Counted from the first letter of the stretch, positions 1 to 13,095 are shown. The stretch: 64,000 nucleotides of DNA from Eledone cirrhosa (GCA_964016885.1 OZ024743.1:115940001-116004000), one strand, 5' to 3'. Numbers and translations are program-made. The notes: a model not told the origin generated them from the letters alone.

Positions 1-330
1 TAGACAAGTACATATGTTGTTTAGGTGTATAATATTGTGAATAATCTGATATGCCCAGTTCCTTGTTGGGTTGTTAAATCACTGAGGAACTGGAGTCATA
101 TGACTCCAGTTCCTCAGTGCCTGAAGAGGTCACAGCCAAAGATGGCTGTCACTGAAATATATATAGCAGTAATAAACGAAGCTAAATTTTAATCATTTGA
201 CTTTTATTTAACTTTACTTTACACTACACCGGAGTAACCAAATCAACCTGCGCACTTCGTCGAGTGTTCCAGCCTGCATACTGAGGTGTTGGTATACAAC
301 CAACATAAACTCAAAATCTATATTTATATA
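1..330. mobile_element. Non-autonomous PLE-derived element with inversion (family A), cut by the window edge
   Basis: 1-76 is a direct match to ~15942-16016. 118-330 is the reverse complement of ~15730-15923. A 40-bp palindrome sits at the junction, and the element ends in TA/CA repeats. Confidence 0.75.
118..168 (+). ncRNA. Type I hammerhead ribozyme motif (family A), stem I truncated
   Basis: tgc-CTGAAGA-ggtcacagcc aaagat ggctgtcact-GAAA-tatat-ATA-gca. Confidence 0.7.
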
Positions 331-1334
331 TATATATAAATATATATAAATGTGTGTGTGCGTGTGTGTATGTGTGTGTGTGTGTGTCTGTGCGTGTGGG
401 TGTGTGAACGTGTGTGTATATATATTTAGAACTTTCATACTCCAATCGCGTATCTTCACTAAATATCTGTTCTTCGGTTACAGATTTTTAATTCTACTTC
501 TATTCTTCTATTCATTTATCCTTTCTTTCGCATGCTAATTCTTCAAATCCACTTAAAAGTTGCTAATTACCTGTTATCAACTATTTCAATGAAGTTTTGC
601 TGCACAGTTCTCCTAGCGATTAATATACAGGCCGATTTGGAGGACAATGATTAAAAATATAATAATGAAAATTAATGAATTTAGCGCAATGAAATGCCTG
701 TGTTTCACTTCACTTCTCAGGATCCTACGCATAAGTCAATAGCCACTATCCATTCGGTACATATATAATATGAATTAGAGAGAATGCATATTCAGTTTGG
801 GTTGAATGAAAAATATTACTGTCATATCGGGTTAACAATAGTTTCAATTTTAAACATACGATCTTGTCGCCATGATGGTGCGGTTCTAAATAACATCAAA
901 ATGATATAGACAAGTCAACAGAAAGTGAATGTTGCTTGCTTAATTTAATAGCGTACGACAATAAGAGAGTTTGGATAAATGTAATTAAATTATGAACTGA
1001 GCTGTAGATAATCTGATGACGCCATAACGATATATTCAAATTACTCAATAGGTGCCTATATTCAACATTATAAACATTGCGCCCTTATATTATCTCTCTT
1101 ATTTCAATAATACAAACATTCTTACATAAGGCGATAATACGTTCTAAATATCATGTTCAATTATTTGTTCTGCATTTGTGTGTACGTTTGGTTGCTATTC
1201 GTGTGTAATCATCATTTATTATTTTTACAAATCAGAGTCAATATCAAAGGACGAGATATGAAATATAGCTGTTGAGATAACAGTTCTCTTTCATTCATCT
1301 ATTTGTATATCTGCCTATTATAAATCTCTTTATG

Positions 1335-1521
<187 letters not shown>

Positions 1522-1721
1522 ATCCCGGGTTCAATCGGGTGTAACACCAGTAGGTAAGGTACTTCATACATAGTAGAGTATATACAATATTTAATGTAGA
1601 AATGGCTTCTACAGGACTAGAACTATCCCATTTGAAAGAAATCAAGTCGTTTCCTGATGGCTTTCTTTGAATGAATCAGTTCTAGTCCTGTAGAAGCCAT
1701 TTCTATATTAAATATTATATA
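1522..1721. mobile_element. Short foldback element (family B) with decayed HHR core
   Basis: Inverted arms ~1580-1644 and ~1654-1721. Homologous to 3707-3868 and 33932-34058. The core has decayed (ctgatgg...gaatc). Confidence 0.7.
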
Positions 1722-2219
1722 GTAACAGAAAAGTCACCCTTCGGGTGGTTTTCTGCTAGCATGTGCAGTGTGCATGTTGATATTATATGCAAATATATAT
1801 CCATTTAGATATGATACGTCAAATAAAATCGAAATTGAGAACATGCACAGAAGTTGAAGAGTGACTGTTATAGTCTCTTCTGTAATCAGTAAAGTAATCC
1901 ATGATACATTTAAAAGACGCGATAGTGTATTTAAACTGGATTATGGCAAGATGTTGTGGAAACAAAAATGAAAAAATTAGCGACAGAAATATAGTGATGC
2001 AAATATATGAACTTTTATATAAGCGATAAAATATGGAGTCCAGTATATCATAACCGGAAGTATTGACATTTGAAAATGTTAAAAGAAGTGAATCTTGGAA
2101 TATGCAATAAAATTATTTATATTTAATCAAGAGTTACGAAATTTAGTACATAAATTATGTACTATTCATTCATTATTTATTCAAAGTAATCCATCTTATT
2201 CTACAAACGAGATAAAAAA

Positions 2220-2267
2220 AAGTATTCTGGAGGCAGTCCCGCACTGTTCCCTTTATTATATTATTAT

Positions 2268-2313
<46 letters not shown>

Positions 2314-2361
2314 ATAATAATATAATAAAGGGAACAGTGCGGGACTGCCTCCAGAATACTT
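2220..2361. repeat. Near-perfect palindrome centred on (TA)n
   Basis: aagtattctggaggcagtcccgcactgttccctttatt...(TA)n...aataaagggaacagtgcgggactgcctccagaatactt. Confidence 0.9.
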
Positions 2362-2399
2362 TCTTATATACGTCTTTCATATATATATATATATATATA

Positions 2400-2807
2400 T
2401 ATGAAAGACGTAAATAAGAAAGTTATGAAAATTGACTTACTTACTAAAATTTCACTCCAACTAATTAGTTTCTGTAAGGGGATAAATACAGTTCTGTAAT
2501 ACCTGTAGAGAAGCCTATAAGTTTCCAGTGTCCCCGCATTGCCTGGTAACTTAGCTGAGAATAGACTCCCTGATGACGTAAGGCTTCTCTAAAGGTATTA
2601 CATAACTGTATTTATCCCCTTACAGAAACTAATTAGTTGGAGTGAAATTTTAGTAAGTAAGTCAATTTTCATAACTTTCTTATTTACGTCTTTCATATAA
2701 TTGTTCTGCATTCCCCTGCATAGAACTACAAAGTTACTAAGACAAAACATATATATCTGCTAGCATAGGTATGCATCTGTATACATATGTCGGTAGATAT
2801 ATTAATT

Positions 2808-2812
<5 letters not shown>
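2400..2812 (+). mobile_element. Non-autonomous HHR element (family C) with inverted 5' arm, flanked by (TA)n
   Basis: 2400-2516 is the reverse complement of ~2581-2697. Homologous to 58251-58895. Confidence 0.8.
2565..2643 (+). ncRNA. Type I hammerhead ribozyme (family C)
   Basis: actcc-CTGATGA-c gtaagg...ccttac a-GAAAC-taatta-GTT-ggagt; stem III is palindromic. Confidence 0.8.
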
Positions 2813-2903
<91 letters not shown>

Positions 2904-3649
2904 TATGCCACCATGGAATTGTCGAATTACTCGTAGTATTATTTCTGCTCCCCTTCATATCCTTGTTCTCTCTTTCTTGTCGTGTGCACCGACCTCATCA
3001 TTTGGAGTTCGGCAGATGGCAATTCTACTGTTATAGCACTGTATGAGAATCTTTACGATATCTCTTTCATCCACCTAGACAATATACAATCTATGGAAAA
3101 TTGTATTCGTGCGTCCCTGCTCTTAGCCATCTACACCACATTTGGACAGCCTTTTCATACGTGTATGCTTGTATATCTGTACGCCCATGTGGATGTAAAC
3201 GCTTGAATATACTCATGTGTGTAGATACGCATACACACACATGTCTGCCTACACACATATTCAACGATCGTTTCATTGTCAATCCCTTCTCTATTCCGTT
3301 CCAGCACATCCTTATGCATAAAGAACGCTACATAAACAAAACCACTTCAAGCACATCACGACATTCATACAATTAAATCTCTTTATAGACAAACAAGCAA
3401 ACGCACACACGTGAAATCTAAATACACGATGATTAACCCCCTTATTATAAATCTTCAATATATTAGACAGTGACCTGAAGTTAACCAAAATGAATACGTT
3501 TTTTTTTTCCGACTACATATTTTATTTCCCATACTCTTTCTTTTCTAACTCTCATCTCTTTTCATATTTCCTCTTCTTATCCTCTTTCTCTTTCTCCTCA
3601 TTCGCCCCCCCCCTCTCTCTCTCCACACACACATATATATATGTAATAT

Positions 3650-3704
<55 letters not shown>

Positions 3705-3706
3705 TA

Positions 3707-3868
3707 TACCCGGTTCAATCGGGAGTAACCACAGTATCGAGCATAGTATACATATTTAATATAGAAATGGCTTCTATAGGACTAAAACTATTCCTTTCAG
3801 GAGGAATCATCAGGGCTTTCCTGATGATTTCTCCCTAATGAAACAGTTCTAGTCCTGTAGAAGCCATT
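3707..3868. mobile_element. Short foldback element (family B)
   Basis: Inverted arms meet at ~3813; flanked by (TA)n on both sides. Confidence 0.7.
3814..3865 (+). ncRNA. Type I hammerhead ribozyme motif (family B)
   Basis: ggctttc-CTGATGA-tttctccctaat-GAAAC-ag ttctagtc ct-GTA-gaagcc; stem II is weak in this copy. Confidence 0.55.
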
Positions 3869-3908
<40 letters not shown>

Positions 3909-4044
3909 AGTGTAATTTTCTACACAAAACGAAGGTTATAGAGAAAATTGAGGTTGGTAATGGCACATGGAATATATAAGAGACAGAATACTTTTTTGTG
4001 AAAAAACATAATTTTATAAGGTAAGGAAATAATAAAGGGTATAA

Positions 4045-4092
4045 AAAATGACCGGTTTCGATGGGTCTGCAAAAGCCATCTTTTCAAATGTT
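4045..4092 (-). ncRNA. Hammerhead ribozyme, U3:A8 core variant
   Basis: Reverse complement of 9550-9597. Confidence 0.65.
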
Positions 4093-4368
4093 GATTAATA
4101 TTAAGAAAAATTAATTAATAATACGAAGAGTTACAATTTGAGACTTGAAAATTCAAGTATAAAATTCATTGTGGGATTTCATAGCAGTTTTCATCTAGGT
4201 AGCAACAACAGGTTGACTGCTGTGTCCCTTTCTGGTAGTGAATGAGAAGTTATTTGGGGTGTGGGTTATTTTATAAAGGTCAGATTTAGCAATAGCCAGC
4301 TGCTGGTCAGTGAGGGGGTGGAAGCAATATACACACACATACCTTCATCCACACATACATACACATAC

Positions 4369-4405
<37 letters not shown>

Positions 4406-4464
4406 CACACATACATACACACACACATACATATACATACACACACACACACATATATACACAT

Positions 4465-4525
<61 letters not shown>

Positions 4526-4564
4526 TATATATACATACACATACATCCAGATACACACATACAT

Positions 4565-4654
<90 letters not shown>

Positions 4655-5202
4655 CCCCACACATACATACACACACACATATATATATACATACACACAT
4701 ACAAACATACACACACACACACACACACATATATATACACACATACACACACATATATATACACACACACACACACACACATGCATATATATATATATAT
4801 ACACATACGCATACATCCAGATACCCACATACATACACACACACACACACACACGCACACACAATACATACATCCACATGCACACACATACTCACACACA
4901 CACACACACACATACATACACCCACACACAGAGAAATGGCCTTCAAATATATATATATATATATACATACAGACACATATATTTTTTCCATAATATAAGA
5001 AGTTGGGGCAGTGAAATTAAAATAATTCTGTGTGCGCATATATATATAGATATACGCGTGTGCACGTGCAGGGTTTAACATGGATGTGTTGGTCACACAA
5101 AGGCATGGTCTGTCAATGAATAAACCTGATTCTACAGAATTGGTCTCTGGTCTTTAATAGTAGTGATTCCGTGCGTATGTGTGTTTATATTTTATGACAA
5201 TT

Positions 5203-5600
5203 CTATTGGGGTGATAACCCGTTTAGTTTTGGTTTAAATTTGTTAAGGAATAGATTTTCTTTGTTTATTCTTTGTTGTTGTGTGAACGAATCTGAGCACT
5301 TGTAGAAGGGGAAGATTTTAAAGTTGGGTAGTGTCATTCCTGCGCAGTTCGCAATATGGCTGCTCAAGGGGATTTTTCTTGTGTTAGCGTCCCGGATTTG
5401 TTGGCGGTGGATGGTCATTCTTTTGCGTAATGAGGTGCCCGTCTGTCCTATGTAGTTGTGTTTGCACCCACCGCAAGTTATTGCGTAAATCAAGTTCTCC
5501 GAGTTGCAGGTGAAATTGTTTTTTACTGTAAATGTTTGGCCATCTTTGAATGTAAATGTTTGTCCTTCAGTGAGGTAGAGGCACGTTCCACAGTTAGGTT
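5203..5600 (-). CDS. PLE GIY-YIG endonuclease domain, frameshifted off the RT ORF
   Basis: NCGTC...CNSENLIYAITCGGCKHNYIGQTG...RKRMTIHR...E..F...KPKLN. Confidence 0.85.
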
Positions 5601-7480
5601 CTACCACATTTGGTAACTGTAGGGTTGAGGATTGGTTTGGGTATATTTGGTCCAGTGAGAATGCGTTTAAGTGATTTGGGTTGTCTTTTACTTTTAAGGA
5701 TCTTGTGTGTTTCAAGAATAGACTTCATTTTTACATCTTTAAGTAGGATGGGGAGGTTTTTGTGTAGGTGATCAAACATTTCGGTATTTCTGGGGTTGAA
5801 AGTGGATACATATGGCAGGGTGTTGAGTGTGGTTTTCTGTTTTGGATTGTTAGGTTGATGGGGATTTAGGTGTTTTGCCCTGTCTATTCCATTGTTGATT
5901 ATTTCAAGTGGAAAGGCTCTTAAGATAAGGGTGTCTTTTAGTTCCTTTAGTCTTTGCTCCCGTTTAGGTGGATCTGATACTATGGTACATATACGTTTGG
6001 CCAAATTGTAAGGAATGTTAAGTTTTGTATGTTTTGGGTGACTTGATGTGAAAAAGAGGTATTGCTTGGAATCTGTGGGTTTATAGAATATATCTGTATC
6101 TAATTTCCCGTCTATTACAGAGATGAGAATATCCAAGAAGGCTAATTCCTTAGGATTGGATTCCATTGTGAATTGTATGTTATTATCTATGTTGTTTATC
6201 ATGTTTTTAAACGTAGTAAGTGAGTTCATGTCTTCTTGCCATAGGATAAAGCAGTCGTCTAGATATCTTTTCCAATTGGCTTTGAGGTGTGTGTGGAAAG
6301 AGTCTCCAAATAAGAGAAGGGACTGACTGTATATTTGTTGTTCATGGAATCCCATGACTAGGTTGGCATATGTGGGTGCTACTTTCGTGCCCATTGCCGT
6401 ACCTGATACTTGTCTGTATGTTGAACCATTGAATGTGAAGTAGTTATTTTGTAGGATAAAGCGGAGTCCGTCAGTGATAAAATCTGTGTTGATGCGTGTC
6501 GGTATTTCTGATGGGTGTGTGTTAAGCCAGTATTGGACTGCTGTTATTCCATAGTTGTGAGGTATGTTTGTGTAGAGGTTTATTACGTCAAAGGAGACAA
6601 GAATTGTATTTGCACTTACTGTTTTGGGGAGGTGTTTCAGCATGTCAAGGTCATCTCGTATGTAGCTCTGTATATGTTGTAGAAAGGGTTTCAGTAGGAT
6701 GTCCAGAAAGTTGCTAAGTCTGTGGGTTTCACATGTAGGGCCTGCTATAATTGGCCTGAGTTTTAGGTCTTCTGGTGGTGTTAGTTCAATGTAATTGTTG
6801 GTTGAGGTGTCACATGCATCGTTTATGGGTTTACATTTGTGAAGTTTCGGTAAGCCGTAAAAAGAGCTTGTATTGCATTTGAAGTGGCTTATATAGTTAA
6901 ACTCTTTTGTGGTTAAGCTGTTGCGGTATTTATTCAGTAAGGTCAAAAGGTTCCCCATTGTTTTGGTGTGTTTGTAGTTTTCTGTTTTTTCATAGTATGT
7001 GTTGTTTTCTAAAATGTTAAGTGCGAGGGTCCTATAGTAGTCCGTATTCATAATCACAACAGTACTGCCTTTATCGGCTTCTTTGATAGTTATCTCAGGG
7101 TTGTTTCTAAGTGTGAATAATTCTTCCCATTCGTGTGTAGATAGGTTTGATTTCGTGTGTTTATTTGTAATTGTTTCATAGGGAAAGTTGGTGATGTGTT
7201 CGCAGTACGTGTCCAGTGCTTTATTTCTTCCCTTTTGTGGGCAGAAATTGCTTTTATTTCTAACCAGTGATTCGTCTTCAGTGTTGGTGTCGTTGTGGAA
7301 GAATTCCGTTAGTCGCAGCTTTCGGCAGTATTCCATGATGTCATCCTTCATTTCGGGGAAGTTTGGTTTACGTGGTGTAGGTGTAAATTTCAGGCCCTTA
7401 CTTAAAATGTTGATTTGTGTGTTGGTTAGAGGTGTCTTTGAGAGGTTGATTATTTTTGGTTTCTCCTGAGGGGGGGCCAT
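5594..7480 (-). CDS. PLE reverse transcriptase
   Basis: ADKG, FYGLPKLHK, LRPII, LVSFDVINLYTNI, QVSGTAMGTKVAPTYANL, RYLDD, FLDI. The first 14 codons of the track ORF come from the inverted arm and junction. Confidence 0.92.
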   Translation of the reverse strand: MAPPQEKPKIINLSKTPLTNTQINILSKGLKFTPTPRKPNFPEMKDDIMEYCRKLRLTEFFHNDTNTEDESLVRNKSNFCPQKGRNKALDTYCEHITNFPYETITNKHTKSNLSTHEWEELFTLRNNPEITIKEADKGSTVVIMNTDYYRTLALNILENNTYYEKTENYKHTKTMGNLLTLLNKYRNSLTTKEFNYISHFKCNTSSFYGLPKLHKCKPINDACDTSTNNYIELTPPEDLKLRPIIAGPTCETHRLSNFLDILLKPFLQHIQSYIRDDLDMLKHLPKTVSANTILVSFDVINLYTNIPHNYGITAVQYWLNTHPSEIPTRINTDFITDGLRFILQNNYFTFNGSTYRQVSGTAMGTKVAPTYANLVMGFHEQQIYSQSLLLFGDSFHTHLKANWKRYLDDCFILWQEDMNSLTTFKNMINNIDNNIQFTMESNPKELAFLDILISVIDGKLDTDIFYKPTDSKQYLFFTSSHPKHTKLNIPYNLAKRICTIVSDPPKREQRLKELKDTLILRAFPLEIINNGIDRAKHLNPHQPNNPKQKTTLNTLPYVSTFNPRNTEMFDHLHKNLPILLKDVKMKSILETHKILKSKRQPKSLKRILTGPNIPKPILNPTVTKCGRT

Positions 7481-7508
7481 CGAGTATCCTCCTAAGGAAT
7501 TAGCCTTC

Positions 7509-8441
7509 TTGGATATTCTCATCTCTGTAATAGACGGGAAATTAGATACAGATATATTCTATAAACCCACAGATTCCAAGCAATACCTCTTTTTCACATC
7601 AAGTCACCCAAAACATACAAAACTTAACATTCCTTACAATTTGGCCAAACGTATATGTACCATAGTATCAGATCCACCTAAACGGGAGCAAAGACTAAAG
7701 GAACTAAAAGACACCCTTATCTTAAGAGCCTTTCCACTTGAAATAATCAACAATGGAATAGACAGGGCAAAACACCTAAATCCCCATCAACTTAACAATC
7801 CAAAACAGAAAACCACACTCAACACCCTGCCATATGTATCCACTTTCAACCCCAGAAATACCGAAATGTTTGATCACCTACACAAAAACCTCCCCATCCT
7901 ACTTAAAGATGTAAAAATGAAGTCTATTCTTGAAACACACAAGATCCTTAAAAGTAAAAGACAACCCAAATCACTTAAACGCATTCTCACTGGACCAAAT
8001 ATACCCAAACCAATCCTCAACCCTACAGTTACCAAATGTGGTAGAACAAACTGTGGAACGTGCCTCTACCTCACTGAAGGACAAACATTTACATTCAAAG
8101 ATGGCCAAACATTTACAGTAAAAAACAATTTCACCTGCAACTCGGAGAACTTGATTTACGCAATAACTTGCGGTGGGTGCAAACACAACTACATAGGACA
8201 GACGGGCACCTCATTACGCAAAAGAATGACCATCCACCGCCAACAAATCCGGGACGCTAACACAAGAAAAATCCCCTTGAGCAGCCATATTGCGAACTGC
8301 GCAGGAATGACACTACCCAACTTTAAAATCTTCCCCTTCTACAAGTGCTCAGATTCGTTCACACAACAACAAAGAATAAACAAAGAAAATCTATTCCTTA
8401 ACAAATTTAAACCAAAACTAAACGGGTTATCACCCCAATAG
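7509..8441 (+). CDS. Inverted PLE copy: RT thumb, Cys linker and GIY-YIG in an uninterrupted frame, 5'-truncated
   Basis: Nearly the same protein as the minus copy; KCGRTNCGTC is read in frame. Confidence 0.85.
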   Translation: MDILISVIDGKLDTDIFYKPTDSKQYLFFTSSHPKHTKLNIPYNLAKRICTIVSDPPKREQRLKELKDTLILRAFPLEIINNGIDRAKHLNPHQLNNPKQKTTLNTLPYVSTFNPRNTEMFDHLHKNLPILLKDVKMKSILETHKILKSKRQPKSLKRILTGPNIPKPILNPTVTKCGRTNCGTCLYLTEGQTFTFKDGQTFTVKNNFTCNSENLIYAITCGGCKHNYIGQTGTSLRKRMTIHRQQIRDANTRKIPLSSHIANCAGMTLPNFKIFPFYKCSDSFTQQQRINKENLFLNKFKPKLNGLSPQ

Positions 8442-8679
8442 AATTGTCATAAAATATAAACACACATACGCACGGAATCACTACTATTAAAGACCAGAGA
8501 CCAATTCTGTAGAATCAGGTTTATTCATTGACAGACCATGCCTTTGTGTGACCAACACATCCATGTTAAACCCTGCACGTGCACACGCGTATATCTATAT
8601 ATATATGCGCACACAGAATTATTTTAATTTCACTGCCCCAACTTCTTATATTATGGAAAAAATATATGTGTCTGTATGT

Positions 8680-8862
8680 ATATATATATATATATATTTG
8701 AAGGCCATTTCTCTGTGTGTGGGTGTATGTATGTGTGTGTGTGTGTGTGTGAGTATGTGTGTGCATGTGGATGTATGTATTGTGTGTGCGTGTGAGTGTG
8801 TGTGTGTGTATGTATGTGGGTATCTGGATGTATGCGTATGTGTATATATATATATATATGCA

Positions 8863-8893
<31 letters not shown>

Positions 8894-8993
8894 GTGTGTA
8901 TGTGTGTATATATATGTGTGTGTGTGTGTGTGTGTATGTTTGTATGTGTGTATGTATATATATATATGTGTGTGTGTATGTATGTGTGGGGGG

Positions 8994-9085
<92 letters not shown>

Positions 9086-9116
9086 GTGTATCTGGATGTA
9101 TGTGTATGTATATATA

Positions 9117-9177
<61 letters not shown>

Positions 9178-9234
9178 ATGTGTATATATGTGTGTGTGTG
9201 TATGTATATGTATGTGTGTGTGTATGTATGTGTG

Positions 9235-9273
<39 letters not shown>

Positions 9274-9312
9274 GTATGTGTATGTATGTGTGGATGAAGG
9301 TATGTGTGTGTA
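8680..9312. repeat. Complex (TA)n/(TG)n tract inside the PLE 3' UTR (mirror copy at ~4330-4975)
   Basis: Present in both arms with repeat-length differences. Confidence 0.9.
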
Positions 9313-9549
9313 TATTGCTTCCACCCCCTCACTGACCAGCAGCTGGCTATTGCTAAATCTGACCTTTATAAAATAACCCACACCCCAAATAACTTCTCAT
9401 TCACTACCAGAAAGGGACACAGCAGTCAACCTGTTGTTGCTACCTAGATGAAAACTGCTATGAAATCCCACAATGAATTTTATACTTGAATTTTCAAGTC
9501 TCAAATTGTAACTCTTCGTATTATTAATTAATTTTTCTTAATATTAATC

Positions 9550-9597
9550 AACATTTGAAAAGATGGCTTTTGCAGACCCATCGAAACCGGTCATTTT
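9550..9597 (+). ncRNA. Hammerhead ribozyme, U3:A8 core variant, in the PLE 3' region
   Basis: aacat-TTGAAAA-gatgg cttttgcagac ccatc-GAAAC-cg-GTC-atttt. Confidence 0.65.
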
Positions 9598-9697
9598 TTA
9601 TACCCTTTATTATTTCCTTACCTTATAAAATTATGTTTTTTCACAAAAAAGTATTCTGTCTCTTATATATTCCATGTGCCATTACCAACCTCAATTT

Positions 9698-9809
<112 letters not shown>

Positions 9810-10617
9810 TGTGTGTGTGTGTGTGTGTGTTTCCGAAACGTTAACACTCTCTATCATCATTGTACCTGTGTTATTCTGTTATTTTTCCTTCTTGATGTCT
9901 CTTCTCCACGCATACACATATGTATAAATGTGTGCTTTGCGCGTGCATGGGTGTGTGTATATATACATACACACATGCACAGGCATATATACGTACGTGA
10001 ATATAATCATATTTGTTGTTATTTACATATTACTGATGCATATATAAACATATACTTGCGAATGCATATGTTTATGTGTATTTATTAGAAGGCTACAATT
10101 GGTACCATATACGCTAAAATTAATTGTAATAAAGCTGATGGAATGTTGCCTTAGAGTTGTTTAATAATCCTAAGTATTTCGGGATATAATACATTTATCA
10201 AAAAAGAATTAATGAAATCCATTCGTAGTAAGGTATATTGTATCGTACTCTTGCCAACATATAACGAGAAAATAAAACAAAATGCCTATAAGTACGGGGA
10301 CGCCAGTGATCTGCGTTGAATGCACAATTCTACATCCTTCATGTAGTGCTCAAGGTTAAGAAGTCAAGAAACTTCCGTAATTGTTTTTGTGACTTGTTAT
10401 GCCCAGTAAACAAATTTGAAGCACTTTATCAATAGCTTATCTTTTCTATGGTCATATATTCTTATCCTATTGCTATCGTCAATGAGCTTCTACTACGTTC
10501 TTATGCGCTTCATATACATTTTATTTCATCCCTTTGCTTTTTATCTTTTTAGTAACAAATGACCTATTCCATACCGAAGACGGACTTATTATTATTATTA
10601 TATAAAGATATTAGATA

Positions 10618-11460
10618 GGGGAGTCGTTGGATCGTAAAAAAAAATGCTTTGCTGTATTCGTTTTTTCTGTCTGCAGTCTGAGTTGAAATCCAGCTGAGGT
10701 TAGCTTTCCCTTTTTTCCTTACCAGGTCGATCAATTTAGATACCAGTAATGCACTGAAATCGATTTAATAGACTTTCCCCTCCCGCCAAAATTGTTGATA
10801 TTGTGCCTAAATCAGAAACCAAGGGCTGCATCGGCAGAGCGTCCGACGGCATACTTTATGGCATATGTTTGCATATGGTTACGCCCCTTTGCGATCTGAG
10901 TTCAAATCCTGCCGAGGTTAGATTTACCTTTAATCTTTACGGGGTCGAATGAAATACCAGTAATGCACTGGCGCTGATCAAAGTGACTTCCCCCCTCACT
11001 CAAAATTGTTCGGCTTCTATCTAAATCAGAAACCAAGATTATGAGGGCGGTAGAATTGCAGTATCAGGAAAGCGTCAGGTAAAATACTTTGCGGTGTCTA
11101 GTGACGACTTTCTACGTTCTGAATTCAAATCCCAACGAAATGAACTATATCTTTCATCCTTGCGAGCCGATAAAATATAATACCAGCCACGTACTGTGAT
11201 CAAAGTAATTGACTTTCCTTTGCTCACATTGTTAGCCTTGTGCGTAAATTAGAAATCATTATTTTTATGGGCGGTGGATTGGCAGTATCGGTAGAGGGTC
11301 GGACGCCATGCTTTGCAGCACAGTTACGTCCCTTTACGGATTGAGTTCAAATCCCGCCGAGGTTAACTTTGCCTTTCATCCTTACGGGGTCGATAAAATA
11401 AAGTACCAGTAATACACTGGGGTAATTGCTGGCCTTGTGCCAAAAGTAGAAACAATTATT
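10618..11460 (+). mobile_element. Four head-to-tail tRNA-derived SINE copies
   Basis: Units at ~10618-10821, 10822-11042, 11045-11262 and 11269-11460. A-box-like tggcagtatcgg, B-box gagttcaaatcc, central gcctttcatccttacggggtcgataaaataaagtaccag (resembles the Meta/MESC SINE domain, from memory). Confidence 0.85.
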
Positions 11461-12127
11461 TTTATAAGCATTTGACGTCCCTCCAAAACTGTACGTTGTA
11501 TGTTTATTGATATTAAAAGCAAATTTGACCTCAACTAGAATGGAAATAAATTCTTAAAACAATTAACCTGCACAATCTAACGGATTAGAAGTCAAATACT
11601 CCATTTCCAGGAAAAGAAAGGACAACCAATACAAGTGAAAATATTATGGTGTAGCATAAAGATAAAATGTAAATTTAGACTTTCATGCATAAAAAAAATA
11701 TTAGCAGCTTTCAAAATGTTACCTCACCAGAAACGAATAAACAAATGAAAGCAAATCGTATTTTCAAGTGCGAAAGTAAATAAAAGGGAAAAGTTATTAC
11801 CAGACACGAGAGTAGCACATTTTATGGATACATTACAGTTCTTACCCTGCTCAAACAATGATACGTATGCGCATAATGTCTGGAAAGAAAATAAACTTGA
11901 TATCTAAGTAAATATGGACACAAAAATAAACTAGCAAATTTTAAAAGATACATTAACGCAACCAAATGTGCATCAGAGATAGAAATTAAAATGCGACAAG
12001 GAAAGAATAAGTATCAAAAGAAAGAAAATGACTAAATATAATACTAAATCAGAAAGAAAGAGAATAAATGCTTATAATATTGAATTACGGACATAAATCT
12101 AGCACAAGTAAAATAAATTAAAAAGCC

Positions 12128-12342
12128 TATTGTTTTCAGATTTAAGCACAAGGCCAATAATTAATTTTCGCGGTGGGTGCAATAAAGTCGATACTATCAC
12201 CCCTGACATAAATACTTAGCTAATACGTTATTTTATCGACCCTAATACGATGACAGACAACGTAGAAATTGGTAGAATACTGAAACAATTACATTAAAAC
12301 ATTCTAGCCGATGCTCTATAGATTCTGCCAATCCATCGCCGT
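12128..12342 (-). mobile_element. Diverged SINE copy
   Basis: gcacaaggcca, ttttatcgaccc, tgccaatccatcgcc match the SINE reverse complement. Confidence 0.65.
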
Positions 12343-12787
12343 AAACAAAAGGAGTACTAAAGCACATATTTATACCCTATATTGAGACCCCAAATCAGAA
12401 ACTGAACAACACTAACGTAAGTAGGAAACCGAGTGAATTACAGGAAAGAAAAAATAATTGAATGGCATAAAGCTGGACATTTTAAATATGACATTAATAC
12501 AGCTTAGGGAAAAGTATTTTTAATCGATGATGTCTTACTATCGTCCAATAAAAAAATTCCCTCGATATAAAATGATAGGAAGAGAAATAAAACTGAAACG
12601 TGACTATTTTACATCATTCGGTAGTTAGTATTTCTTGCTTAATTCCCTTTTAGTTACTCACATAGTTTATTTGTTGTTACGTCTCCTACTTGTGGAATGT
12701 TGTAAAAATAATACTATGTGAACTAAAAGCCTGAATAAAATGATTTCAGTCTTTTACCCATCTCTTCGGAGATAGAATGTGCCTGAA

Positions 12788-13095
12788 TGTCTGAGTTCAA
12801 ATCCCGCAGAGGTTAGCTTTGCCTTTCATCCTCATGGGTCGAAAACAATAAAGTACCTGTAACGTGCTAGGGTCGATTTAATCGATTTTCTCCAGCCCTA
12901 AATTGTTGGCCTTGTGCATAAATCAGAAACCAATATTTATTTCGCCGAAAACGGCGAAATGTTGGAGTTGTTAAAACGTCGGATATAATAATATGTGTTT
13001 TTTGTTCAGTCGTTTGTTCAAATACCACTGATGCCAACTTTGCTCTTCCTCCTTTCGAGATCAATCAAATAGTACTAGTTCTCTACTAGGTTTGA
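12788..13095 (+). mobile_element. Two tandem SINE copies (first lacks head, second diverged)
   Basis: ctgagttcaaatcccgcagaggttagctttgcctttcatcc...ggccttgtgcataaatcagaaacc, then a second degenerate unit. Confidence 0.7.

Noticed and set aside
7481-7522. Apparent N-terminus MRISKKANSLGGYS of the 642-aa ORF
   Set aside because: It derives from the antisense of the inverted arm (same peptide as ORF 6123) plus junction bases. The true 5' end is probably truncated.
11269-11360. tRNA gene
   Set aside because: A/B boxes are present but no cloverleaf is evident; these are SINE heads
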